A DNA stretch of 64,000 nt, from the NCBI RefSeq assembly GCF_000143415.4, contig NW_003314384.1:384816-448815 (forward strand), written 5' to 3'. Shown here piece after piece: positions 39,938-52,477 of this stretch. A program made the position numbers and the translations under genes. Every line of letters starts with the position of its first letter. Position 1 is the first letter of the stretch. The notes beneath the pieces are model-generated. The model ran no database searches. It worked only from the letters and a program-made list of their open reading frames with translations, and was not told where the DNA came from. The stretch is from Selaginella moellendorffii. Its lineage: Eukaryota; Plantae; Lycopodiophyta.

Positions 39938-40284
39938 TCCCTCCCTGGGGCAGTCGGATGCTGAGGCTGCAGCCTCTAGCGCCTCTTCCAAGAGCGAATG
40001 GCTGAGGCTTGGTTCTTCCTCCACTGCTGCTAGGTGCTGGACGACGTTCCATCTTGGACACAGCAGTGTAAAACAACAAACAGAGAGATTTTGGAGTGAT
40101 TCTTCCCTAAATCTCGCGGCGGATGCCCCCACCGTTGGTAGCAAGTGTGGGAAGATTGGGCACTCTCCCCTTTGTGCTCTCCCTCCTCTAGCTGCACCTC
40201 CAATCACGGCAGCCATGGTGCTGGACGCTGTGCTTCTCCACACCCTAACACGCCAATCATTTTTTAGCTCCCCAGGTTGATGAA
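39938..40284 (-). mobile_element. 5' UTR and ORF1 start of another LINE copy (or terminal direct repeat)
   Basis: Clearly homologous to 59550-59915. Confidence 0.75.
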
Positions 40285-43200
40285 ACATGTATGTACATTC
40301 CCCAATGTCCCGTAGGGACTAATACAAAAACCATGCATGCTGCCTGAAGCTCGTGCTACCTAGTGGAGATCTCCCTCATCTAAAGTGAGACTAAGCCTGC
40401 AGTAGAAGCGGCTGCGGTCACCTCTGTCGTATCGTGTCCAGATCCAAGTCCCCCCTTCATGCTAACCGCAAGATCAACTCTAGGGGTTGCCATCTCCAAC
40501 GAACTTTATTGTGGTCTCCTTCACCAAAACATGGTAGCCATGCTTTCTGCCACTCCTCAAGCCTCTCGAGCTTCCCCCTATCTCGGAGGATAGCATGGTG
40601 AATCCGTATTGCTGCCAGTGTTAGTCTTCACCACTCTACCAGTACCTGTGATACTCTGACTTGTGTCCCATCGAAGTGTGCCCAGCTACGTGCTTCCCAG
40701 TGGGCCTGGACTCCCGTCACACTCCATATCGCCCATCGAGCATGGCCAAGTGCCTCCCACACATGGACTCCTATCTCTGCCCCGGTTGCATCCCATCAGA
40801 CTTGAATCCCCCAACCGTGTCGTCCTCTACACCTGATGTGTCGCAGGGCTGGGCCCTGGGCAGGACCCCTCGCTCCCTCGAACCAGTGGAGCACGTCCCC
40901 ACAGTGGGCCTCAAAATCCTGTGTAACACCCAGCTCCTTCCCTACCTTAATGATCTGGCGCCACACCTCCTTTGCAATGTTGCACTCCCACATCACATGC
41001 TTGACTGTCTTGATGTCGCCACACTCCTTGCACCTGTGACTCATGTCATCCTAGAATTGCTGTCCAACTAGGAGCCCATTGTTTGCTACCAACCATGAGG
41101 TGACTTTCACTTTTTCCTGCATGGGCAGCTTCCACCACCTACTCTGCATCCACCCCATGTGCTATCCACTTCTACCATAGCTTCAGAATCTCCTCTCTTG
41201 CCTCCTCTCATGATGTCAATAGTCCATTATGCTTCCTTGACCTCATAGGAGAAAAAGCTTCCTGTTCCTCGTTGCCATGCAGTAGGGTCCCAATCCAGAT
41301 CTTCAAGTAGTTGCTGTTGCCACCATATTAGTGATCCATCACCCTCCAGGAGTTCATCTGATTCCACCATGTCCAGCCTCTTGGGTGACTGCCTAAGCAC
41401 ACAGATCCTCCCACATACCTCATCATCTGTGACATCTAGCATCACTTGTCTCTCACATGTCGGAAGAAGTGTATCTCCTCTCATGACGCAAAAAGGCCAT
41501 CCTATGTTGTGCTTTGGTGCAGCGATGAACCACACCTCGACGTCCCCTTCTTCCCATGCTGGTGTAGGTGTAGTGAATGCTAGAGTCCACGTCCCCAATG
41601 GACGTCACACTGCATCGTGCTCCTCCCACTCTATTTGCCGCTGGATCGCCACAACGTCCCTTGCTTTAAGGCATCTTCTTGGCCACTTTGTCCCTGCTTT
41701 CTTTTCGTTCACCACTTGGAGGAGTCGCAGAACGTCCAGCAGGATGTTGCATCGCTTCCAAGGTCCAAACAGTTGAGTCCTTCTCACTGTTTGCCACTAA
41801 TCCTTGTCGATCACTCCTGCCAATTGTTTCATGGTCTAGAAGCGTTTGCATGCATTTTCCTCCAGATTGTGTGGTGTGTCTCTCGTCCTAGTGTCACACC
41901 TCCCACCTTGAATAGTGCATTGAAAAACAAAGGCTGGTTAAGCCACTCCTTGGCCCTGGTCAGTGGTGTTTGCTCCAGTGGAAAGGCTCTCCACAGTCAG
42001 TAAAGGCTTTGGATGAAGTTGCCCCCTTTCACTACTTGAGTTGGTCCTTCTGCAAAGAGCCACCGTGGGTCCTCCTCCCACGGTTTGGCTGCATTGTGTT
42101 TGGGGCATATGGCTAGGAGGCTTTGTTGGAACATGAGTCGCCATGGCTGTCTCCCTGTTGCAAGCCCATGAAGAAAATCTTGTACCTCAACACCTTCACC
42201 ATGTCGCTGGGGTCAATGATCTTGAGCCCCCCTAGGATGCACAATCTTGCTGTCGACTGCCATGCCACCTTAGCCATGGTTTGCCTTGTAGCCAATGCTC
42301 CATGCCATACGTAGGTTTGCACCATCTGTCTCACATTTTGCCACTGGCCAGATCGAGAGGTGGTACCAGATGCTGGGGAGGATCACGCTCTTGACTATAC
42401 TATGATCTGAGCTGGGAGCCCGAGTTTCCTTGGTGTCCATTTCTATACTGCAGTTCGGATCCTCCTGAGCAGCATATCATCCTGTGTGGCCGCATTGTAC
42501 TGGACCCCAACCTGTATGCCAAGGTACTGAGTGTCTTCGTCAGGGCACAGCCACTGAAAGCCTATCTCCTGTCCCCAGGCCTCGATGCCGGGCTTTCCCC
42601 AGTTCACTCCTACTGACTTGTTCCAGTTTATGGCTGCTCCTGCTGCCATATTGAAGATTTCCAGCTTGGACCTTGCTGCGTCTAGGTTCCCCAGGGTGGC
42701 AAGCAGGAAAAGTGCGGTGTCATCTACAAAGGCCCTGTCTTGCAGCTCTTGTGCCACGACTTGAGTTCCCTAGAGTTGTAGCTGTTCAGAAGGCAGCATC
42801 AGGCCTTTTATATCCCCTCCATGCGTGAGGAAAGAGCCCAACATCTCTGCTACTATCAGAAACAGGTAGGTGGCGAGTGGACATCCCTGCCTCACTAAGC
42901 ATCCCAAGTGGAAGGTCAGGCCTATCTCTCCATTTAGTGTGACCTGGCTTGATGCTTCCCTATACAGAAGTGAGATACACGAGACCATCCTTGCCGGGAT
43001 CCCTATCCTCCGCATGCAATCCTCCAAGAAGTCCCAATTGACTCGATCATAGGCCTTCTCAAAGTCTAGTAGCCACACTACAATCTGTTGATTTGAGACA
43101 TTTTCCCACCGTTGTGCAAGGAAGTACGTCCATATGTTTTCCATGATCTGTCGTCCCAGCACGAATCCCATCTATTGTTCTCTGATGATGAGAGGCATGA

Positions 43201-46200
43201 TTGGCTATAGCTTGAGTGCCATCGTCTTTGCATATACCTTGTACGATGTGTTGAGCATAGTTATAGGGTGCTAGTTCTTGAGCTCCTGGAGGTCTCCCTG
43301 TTTTGGAATCAATGCGATTTGTCCCTCTAGTATCTCTTCCGGCAGCACCCCTGTTTGCTGTGCACCTCGCCATGTCTTCAGGAGCATCAGGCCAACGTCG
43401 TCCCAAAACTCCTCATAGAATGCCAGAAGGAGGCCGTCCATACTTGGCATCTTGTCATCGTTCAGCTGTTCCAGGGCTCGGTGGAGGTCTTCCAGTGAAA
43501 AGTCGGTCACCAGCATCTCCAGGTACTCATCAAGAACTCTGCGTGGAAGAAAGGACAGCACTCTATTTGTAGTGTGTCTCCTATCCTGGGACCAGGGCTG
43601 GGCAGTGTATAGCTTCTGGTAGAACTCTTGTCCCAGCCCCTGCATTCCCTATTGATCCTCAACCACTTCTCCATCGTCCTTCCTTAGTCCCAGGATTGGG
43701 GGGGAGTCGGTGACTGGACGGATCCCCTTGTAGAAAGCTTTGTTGAGAAGCCGCTCATTCATCGCCCAGCAATCCTCCATGGTACGGAGTCCGGCACTCC
43801 AAGCCACATATTCTTTGTCCTGCAGCTCTACTTCCCTCTCATCCAGTGCTACTGTCCATCTGGCCTTGTCGTTTGTGTGTAGGATCATTCTCTGTGCCAC
43901 CGCCACCTTTTGTCTCACCAGTCTCACCTCCTTTAGGACTTCCCCTCTAAGCGCTGCCTACCTTTCCTAGAGCTTAGTGGAGCAAGTGCCCAGTGCCAGG
44001 ACAAGTTCCCCTTTACTGCCGTCCAATGCTTCCTGGACGAGCTCCACTACTACCTGGTCAGCCATTGTGGCTTTGGTGATCTTCCTCTACACTACCATTC
44101 CTTTCTCCGCCTTTAGCTTGAGAATGCCTCGGAGTGGGTCGTGGTCTGAAAAGGTGGCAAACACAGGCCACGTTTTGAGTCCCCCTCCGTCTTGCTACAG
44201 CCTGGTAGAAGTGTAAATCCTGTCCAGTCAAGCTTGGCACCCCTTTGATTGATGTCTCATGAATGGATGGGAGTGTGCAGCGAACCCTTCTACATGCTGG
44301 AGGTCCAGAACTCCCAGGGCTTTGACTAGCGCTGTCCAATTCTTTCTCTCTCTCCCCTAAATGGTTTCTAGTGAACCTCGCTGGTCACTCAAACCCTCCA
44401 CCATGTTGAAGTCTCCTACCACAAGCCAGTCGTCCGCCACTCCTTGAGTGCTCTACTGGATGTCTATCCACATTTGTGTACGCTCTCTTCTTCAAGTGGG
44501 TGCATATACGTTGACAATCCCAACATGCCCAAAGTGTAGGTGTATGACCAACAGCTATGCTTTCCCTAGGACCAACACCCTATGGTCACGTACTTGCACT
44601 GACCACTTCGTAGAGACAATGATTGCTGCAAGGAGATCTGCCCAATGCTTCCCTCGACAAGCTCTCTTATCACCTCTTTGATTTTCATCTCCATTGGGAT
44701 GTCCCACAATGCCACATTAAGTGGGACACTTCCCCCCTTCAGCCGTGCCTGGTCATCTGCCATGAACCTTGAAATCCACGGGTGAAAGGACACTGCCCAG
44801 CTATTGTCAATGAGTCCATGTAGCTCCTCTGCTCGAGCCTGTGCCTCCTCTGTCTCAAACACCACTGTGTAGCATCCATGTCCGTGTGGGAGTAGGTTCT
44901 TGATTGTAATCCCCTGCTCCAGCATAGCATTCAGCTAGTTCATGGCCATGTGGCCAGTGGGAAACTTCCCCCTGAATACTGCAATCACTGCTCTATGTCA
45001 TAGTTCTTCTTCTCTGGCTGCCACCACCTAGCTGAGTGCCTCGCCCAACTTGACTGCCTTTGCCGTCACCTTGTTTCCCTAACTCTCCGGAGTGAGGCTA
45101 AGTCTTAGAGGCTTCTGTGTGTGGGATTTCATTTACCACCTTTCCTTGTGCAGAGCAGCCTTCTTGTTCTCGCTCAACTCCCAAGTCACCTTGCTCCCCT
45201 GGGTCCTCCGGGTCTTGGTGTGGTGTGGTCCAACACTTGTCTTCCACCTTTTCCCACCCACGTCCTGCCAAGGCTGCCTGTGCTTTTCCTTTTGCTGTGC
45301 TATCCTTTTGTTGTTCCTGGTCCTCCTAAGAACGCATTTCCTCCTTGTGGAGGAACTCCTCCACCTCTTTTGCCATGCGAGGGCCTCCTTTGAGCTACTT
45401 TGGGTCTTTAACTTCCTGCGCACCACCTTGCGTTCTTTCTTTTTCTCCATCTTGTTCTTTTTGGCCTCTCTTTCCCTCTCCTGTCCCATTCGCTTCATCT
45501 CCTCCTCCTGTTCTTCCAGCAGTAGCACCAACGGCTTCACTCTTTTCCCCAGAATCAATTCCTCATTTCGTGTCTCCACCTTTTTGCTAGCTTCCGGGAT
45601 CTCCTTGTCTTGGTCTCTTTGTTGTCCCACTTCCTACTCCTCTTGATCCTTCCACATGCTTGTCACTTCCTCTTGCACTTTAGTTTGTTGGGCCTCCTGG
45701 CTGTTTGTGTACTCTTGCTCTTTTGGTGTGACTAGTGCCTCTGTTGCAAGATCGAGGGCTTCTCTGAGAACAGGGCCAAGAGTTCGGTCTTCTCCCTTGG
45801 GGTGTGTCTCCTGGTGCCATACTTCAGCAGTGAGTATGTCTTGGTGGAGCTGTACTTCGTCCTAAGTGGCCTCCTGCAGAGTGTTCGCAAAGGTTCGGGG
45901 ATCCCATTGCAGCAGTCCTCTCTCTGTCTGGTGTGGCATACATTGTTGCAGCACCGATAGCTGGGGCTCACAGTCAGGCTGATGACTGGGAGACATCCTC
46001 CTCTTAAGTCAAGACAGTAGAGATGTTCTCACTTTGTTGGTCAGATCCGATATGCACCTGTGAGCAAACTTCTGGCTGAGTGACCCTCTCTTGGACTGGC
46101 CCTACCTTTCACTTGTGGCCCTGGTGAGGCAGCGGCTCACCTCTTCCCCTTGGACTTGCTCCTTTACCTCAGTCCTGTGTACCTCCGGTGTTTCCCTGTG

Positions 46201-46655
46201 CCTTCTCATCTGGTCATTTGGCGTCTCCAAGCCCTTCTCTTCTTCTGGATCCATCCTTAACTCTTGTGCATGATGACCTATTGGTATCTCCACAACCGTG
46301 GCTGCCCTCATCGCTGCTGCCGCTGCCCTAGTGGTGACGCCCTGTTCTTACTTGGATTAGGGCATGTCCTGCCTTTGGTTTTTCCAAAGTCCGTCTTCCC
46401 CATGTTGAGAGCCACTCTAAGTCCCATGCACTTAGTGATGGGGGTGAGGAAGTTCAAGTCCAAAGTGCTGCTTGTGGAAACCTCTTCACGTGGTCCGTCA
46501 CCACTGGCTAGATTACCTGAGCCTAGGAATCCACTTGCTTTCTGTACTTCCCTGTTAAGTGCATAGCTTTGCTGTAGAAGGCATCCATGCTGCGTGGGTG
46601 GTGAGGCTGGTTGAGACATCCCTGGCCCAGGTCCTTGTGCCCTTGAAGGCTCCTA
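40285..46655 (-). mobile_element. Degenerate L1-clade LINE, 3' portion (ORF1 with DUF4283-like region, APE endonuclease, RT, zf-RVT); 5' portion at 59014-59915
   Basis: APE motifs NVYAP, VGDFN, LDRIY, SDH (~44130-44530); RT motifs LDFEKAYDRV, RQGCPL, FVDDT (42443-43171); CxxC...HxxxxC (40796-41044); ORF1 FETEE...HPW...VPLNV (44566-44925). Confidence 0.9.
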
Positions 46656-47117
46656 AGCTCTATTTCGTTAAAGTGGGAATTGTCATTATCCCACTTGTAA
46701 AATAAGGTTTCCAAACCTTTATATAGTATATAAATATAACAAAATTCAACTGCATTGAGGCACATGCCATTTTATTTTAAACAAGGAAATGTCTACTCAA
46801 TCACTTCTCCTCCCCCTGCCACTGCTTCACCTCTCTCTTCTCCTTGTCATCGTCGTCCAATTTCTTTCCATCTTTTTAATATTGGCTCAGTTGCTCCGAG
46901 TCTAGGTGGAGCCCAAGTCCCCATTCAATCTTTACTTTCTCCTTATTAATAAAACAACTTCATAGACTTCCAATAACATGCTATAACACTTCTAGTATAA
47001 TGAAAATCCTCTCAAAGAATTGTCTTTTAATATTAAAACAATGGCATGGAACCCCATGCCATAATAAGTTACATTTTTAAATAAATACATGCCATCTCAG
47101 ACTGTTATTTTTTGCCT

Positions 47118-50100
47118 CTAACGCCTATACAATAATCTTGGAATTTCATCACTCTCCACACTATCAGGATTTAAACCCAATAGTAATGCCATCTCTTCTC
47201 TAATACGTCCACGCTCATGTTCAGTGGTCGAAGAACCCATCCGGTTGAGCAGATTATGGAGATGCGGATAGTGCTTGGCTAGACAATATATATGCCATAA
47301 ATGATGACTGGTGTCTGTCCGATCAAATGGCTTCTGATATACCGTTCCATCTGCCATTTGGTTGATTTCTGCAACCACCTCCTGGACTGGCCGGTTCTCT
47401 ATCACCATCGCTCCAAGCCGTTTTGCAAGGTCCCCCAGAATATACGGTTTCTTCTCCCTAGTTTCCATACTGCAAGAGATGGGGTGCACTGCATATGTGT
47501 GCGTGTTCGCTGCAGTTTTAATCGGCGAGTCATCGATGATGAGGATTTCACTTGACCTAGCAGTCCGGTTCATCACTACAGCCTCTGGCTTGACGAAGAT
47601 GGGCTTGCTACCCCTCACATGGACCATAGTCAAGCAATCCTCCTGCGTTAGGAGAAAGTCAAATGGTAATATTACTCGCGTCTGATCATGCATCATCTGT
47701 AGCAACGTTAATGCATTATGGCGCATCATGGATGTCCAAACTCCCAATTGCAAATTGAACCTGGCCCTCTGTTTTAAGTGTCGCATGGTCATTATTAGAT
47801 CTCGCAGTTTCTCCCGTGTGATTAATGTGAATCTGTCTCTTTTGACCAACTTGCGACCGCAGGCTTTGGAGGGTGCAGTGACATTCGAGGACGAGCCACG
47901 CTCATGGGAGAAAAGGACATCATTCAGATCAAAAACGATACAGTACCTTCGCCGTGACTCTGAAATGAAATGTGTCAGCATAAAAAATGGCACAAGTCAA
48001 TTTTACCATCTACAATATTAGCGAATGGTGCTCCCGATGGTCGTTGAGAGGGTTTTAGTCAAGGAAACGTGAAGGGCGGAAATACTCTCCTCTGCAATGT
48101 GGGGTCAATCGCATCCGATGGCGTGTGGGCACATGCCATTTCAGCTGTAGACTCTAGTACAACTGGCTCAACAGTGGCATGGGGTGGTTCCAATGGCATG
48201 TGATCACACGCCATTTCAGCTGGTGCCTCCGTTGGCAAAGTGGACATGACCGAACAGGCAGCAGGGGCGGTGTAGGGAGGTTCCAACGGCGCGTAGTCAG
48301 ATGATTGGGCACACGTTGAGTCTGTTGGAAATGAGGATACGACCGGCTCGGCGGCTGGGGCAGCCTCATGCGGGTCCAATGGCACCTGGTCACCGTCAGT
48401 TGGATACGTGGACAAGATTGACTCAGTGGTATGGGCAGCATCAAGTGGAGCGTGGTCAGCTTGCTTGGCGTTGATATGGATAGTAGCCTCCACCAGCTCT
48501 GATGACTCTTGCAGGCAAGTAGAGTCCACTGGCGGATCCATATGCATGTCTAAATATCTCCCTTCGATTGAGATGGTATCCTCCCGTGCTACTAAAAACA
48601 AACTCATTAGCACATTGAATCGACTATATTGTATTTACCATCAACTGCTATTGAGGAACTAGGACCGATATCACTTGGGCACACTGCTGATTCTGAAGGA
48701 TTGGACATACGTTTCGACCCTTGCTTGGCACTATCCTTCCTCGACACTAAAGGCTAGAGTTTGTAAATTCAACTGAATAATCTCTACTTACCATTTGCTC
48801 TGCGACCTACATGGACAATGTTAGAAATGGTAAAAGGTTAGGAATGGATGTACTATTATTTACCTGATGGTTTGTCTTGTATGACCTTCCTCTGCTGCTC
48901 TTTGGCCACCTCAGGCTGGCCATCGTCGTCATCATCGTCGTCATCGTTATTATGATCGTCACCATTGTGAGGACCATCCAAGTCCTCTTCATCCTCCTCT
49001 TCTTCGTCCTCCTCTTCTTTGTCCTCCTCTTCGTCCTTCTGCTCTTCCTGCTCATTATCTTTCTCTGGCTCCTCATCCCCCTCCTGCATTTCTTCCATAG
49101 GCTGCTCAGGCTGGATGGCTTGTTCTTCCAGGACCATCTTGGGAAAATCATCTGGCCGAGTCTCCATCTCAAAATACAAGACATCCATAGCCTATTTTAG
49201 TGCGTGACCTAGGACCGTATCCTCACCCGACTGTCTTAACATGGTTTCTGCACGTTCTTGCACCCTTCGAAGACGACGAGATGAGAAAAACGTGGCCTTG
49301 ACTTGAAAAGCATCCCTCATCCATTGTACCTCTCCATTGAGATTGGGGAAGGGGAGTCCGCCATAGGAATCTGAGTCAGGAGGTGGTGACTGGCTGCTTT
49401 CACTCAGCCCTTGATCTGCAATGAATGGCATGAGCACACACGCCATAACCGCGAGGCATTACCTATCATCTTTTCGTTGCCCTTCTTCCTTTTTGAATCA
49501 AACGCCTCTGATCCCGACGACAGTCCAACGTGCTTTCGCTTTTTATAACCACTGTCAGTTTGAGCTTGGCTGGTGCTTGCCTGTTTTGCCTTTGAAGAAG
49601 TGTCTCCTGCAAGGAATGGCATGAGACCACACGCCATTGCAAATATAATTTATACCTCCTTTTTTCCTATTGCTTGTCTGTTTGTCCTTCTTCAACGCGC
49701 CACCAGTGCGCTTTTCAGTCCTCGTGTCTGAATATTCACAACGATCTATAATCAAAATGGCGTGAGGCCTCACGTGACCTTACCTTGTGTAGGTTGTGAG
49801 TTCGACCCAACATGGGTATCTTCAACAGTAGCTGTTAACGCCGTTTTAGCAGCTGGGGGTGGCCACGCTCCTGCATACAGAGCTTGTGAGATAACATTTA
49901 AACTTAAAGTGCGTACTCACCAGGTTCGCAGAGAAGATACTGTTTTTCTTTGGCAACTGTAATTATATGCTCCATTGAAGTCACCTCTTCAATGGAGTTT
50001 GTCACCGCAACACACGGGACACCCTTGAGTAGTGCGGCTCGAAAGAATAGTCCGCCGCAGTTGTACTCGACAACGCATTTGCCCTTGGAATCAGAAGCAG

Positions 50101-52477
50101 GTGACCCACCCGCTATTGCGTTGAAGACCTAGCTGAGCATTTCCCATGCTGCACTTGGAGCTTTCTTTGGATTCGAAAGCTCCATAGCCGTCTTCAGTTC
50201 CTCAGGCACGGGTAAATTGACCTCCCTCAGATCAATTCAATCGGCCTTGTCGAACGAAGCTGGGAAGTCACTCCAGTCCCACTCTGCTGCAGGACCAATA
50301 ACAAGGGCGAGTGTGAAGATGCGGACATTCGTTGGTATCTTCTTCTTAGCCATTATCCCATGGATCTCCCGCATCTCCTTGCCTTTCAACTGAGCCTTCA
50401 CCTCGTTCAAGGCCTTCCAGAACTTGTGATAGGATTCGAAGTCGTAGATCATATAGTGGACTGAAGATTCCACCTCCGCAAGTCCCACCATTAAGTCAAT
50501 GATGGAGCTGACTTCGTCTGCATGAGTGATCTCCTCGTTTGTGAAGTCCATCACACAAAAGATGTTCTTAACCTGCTCATCTCCGCGGGAAACGATGCTC
50601 CTCCACCTTTGATCCTCATCCGAATTCACGTATACCCGGTAAGGTTCTCGATAGGCCTCTGCTGCGGGGTTGAGCTGTTTCTGAAGCCGGCGGTCAACAT
50701 CCCTCTTAATGAAATTTGGATACTAATCCAACTTCTCAGCTTTACTTTTCGTGGCATCCCGCAGCAGATCGATGAACTTGGGGGCCCCCTTCACGTACTC
50801 GTCGATGTCTTCATTTGACAACTCCAGCGCTTCCATCATCTCTTGCGTGGTGTCGATGCTCACCCTCTCCACAGCCACTTGCTCGAAGATCCAATCCTTC
50901 AATAGCGCACGAGCTCTCAGAGTCGTGCACAAGTCGTCGTATGTCACAATATGGCCGGGAGTCATTTTGGTCTTGTTGAAGACTACCTCACCACGTAGAA
51001 GAGCATTAGCCACTGTCAGAAGGTCGTCATCGTCTAGAGACCACGAGAAATGCAAGGCGTTGAGCTTCAAATCATTGGGCTTCCGGCCGTCCTCCACACC
51101 CATTGAGTTTAGCAACTCCCCGTCATGGTACCTCCTCAACACATCTACCCATTTGTCAAAAACAACTTTTGTCGCGAGTAGAATGTTATGGATGCTGAGT
51201 GTGTCATTGACCCCCAGTGTTTTCGAGAGAAGACTCGAGAATTCCTGCAATGGAAATGGCGTGAGGCCACATGCTATGCCACATGCAACGAGGCTTACCT
51301 GCCAGGCGCTAGTTGCTAGTGCACGTCCTTGTCCTGGTTTTTGTGGCTTCTTCAGTTGAACCCAGAGCTTCCGTGTTCGTGCCAATGTCTCGTGCAGACC
51401 CGATTTGTAGCACGTTTCTTGCTTGACATTCTACGTGTGGGAGATGTATATGATAGATCGGAGGGGCGAGTTGCCTTTTATCAGGCAGACAACTCTTGTC
51501 TTGAAGACTTTCTTCACCTCCTCGCCCACCATAATATCCACAACTATCTCTTGCATCGCCAAGCTAGAATGCTGCCCGGAGACGACATAGAACCGGATGT
51601 TCTGATCGTCCAACACCTTCCTATTAATCAAGTCTGGAAACCTCGTCTCGCCCTTCATTGTTCGGTAGTAGGGGATCACATCTGTGATGTCGGGTGTTAC
51701 TGGACTTGCCAGCATCTTCTGCTTCAGTTTCTCCACCCACTCATCAGATACTAGCCTGTGGTTGTATTTGCTTTGGATGTCGATACGGCTCACGTCGATT
51801 GTATATACTTTGTTGGAATAGTAACAAGTACTATTATCTGCGATGATTTTTGCTGCCTCTTCTTGCTCTTTCTGCTCTTTGCAGCTCTTCTTTTTGGTGG
51901 GTGTAGTGTTCGAACCCGAGGCAATGGCATCACCGAGTAGCTTCTTTTTTGGAGCAGGAGAGTCGGACGTCGGCTTGAGCTTGACCACCCTTTTCTGCTT
52001 CGGGGTAGTTTCCAGATCGACCCCCTTCCCCTTCGCTTCGTGAACTGGAGGCACTCTCAACGGCTCAATGTTGGAATATAGTTTTTGATCATCGCCGTAG
52101 GTGAGGTCCGTGGATTCCATGTGATCTTCATAGACCCGCAGCGTCTTTGAAATTGTGGGCCTCCTGGACAACCTCTCCCTAGCTCCCTCTAGGAATTCCT
52201 CATAGCCGCTGCCCCCCTCCGGGAAGCCGCTAGGATGTGCAAGGTGGATCTTGAAGGCGGACGCTGTCTCTACCACAAGTGCCAGTCCATATTCTTGCAT
52301 GGAACTGCATGGAGTGTCTGTCACTTGGATGAGGATCCCCATGCATTCTTTTCTCCCACCATTTGTGTTGTACAGCCTCAGATCCTCGCCTTCCATCCCG
52401 AAAGTCCAACTGGTGAGCTCCTCCCCCTTCTCTACATCCACATTGACAATGGCTGGAAGAAGAACGCAATTCCTCGC
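47118..52477 (-). pseudogene. Spliced ~1640-codon gene: ParB-like domain, degenerate beta-class DNA amino-MTase-like region, acidic/low-complexity linker, FCP1/NIF HAD phosphatase; 6 in-frame stops; first exon(s) not resolved
   Basis: Exons 52477-51299, 51244-49921, 49870-49784, 49745-49656, 49606-49463, 49415-48864, 48806-48792, 48746-48639, 48591-48007, 47959-47118 join via GT-AG introns with consistent phase; motifs NHRLVSDEWVEKL...FYVVSGQHS, KCVVEYNCGG...AALLKG, IVFDLNDVL...VWTS...LIIDDSPIK. Confidence 0.72.

Noticed and set aside
47118-47993. Stand-alone host FCP1-like phosphatase gene
   Set aside because: The ORF start lies within a predicted intron, the exon splices in phase to upstream exons, and it lies inside the TIRs.
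51666-51690. Placeholder check for other CTGATGA hammerhead cores, including CTGATGA...GAAAC on the minus strand near 51728-51748
   Set aside because: No stem II pairing is possible there and it lies in coding sequence; other CTGATGA hits also lack the GAAA box and stems.
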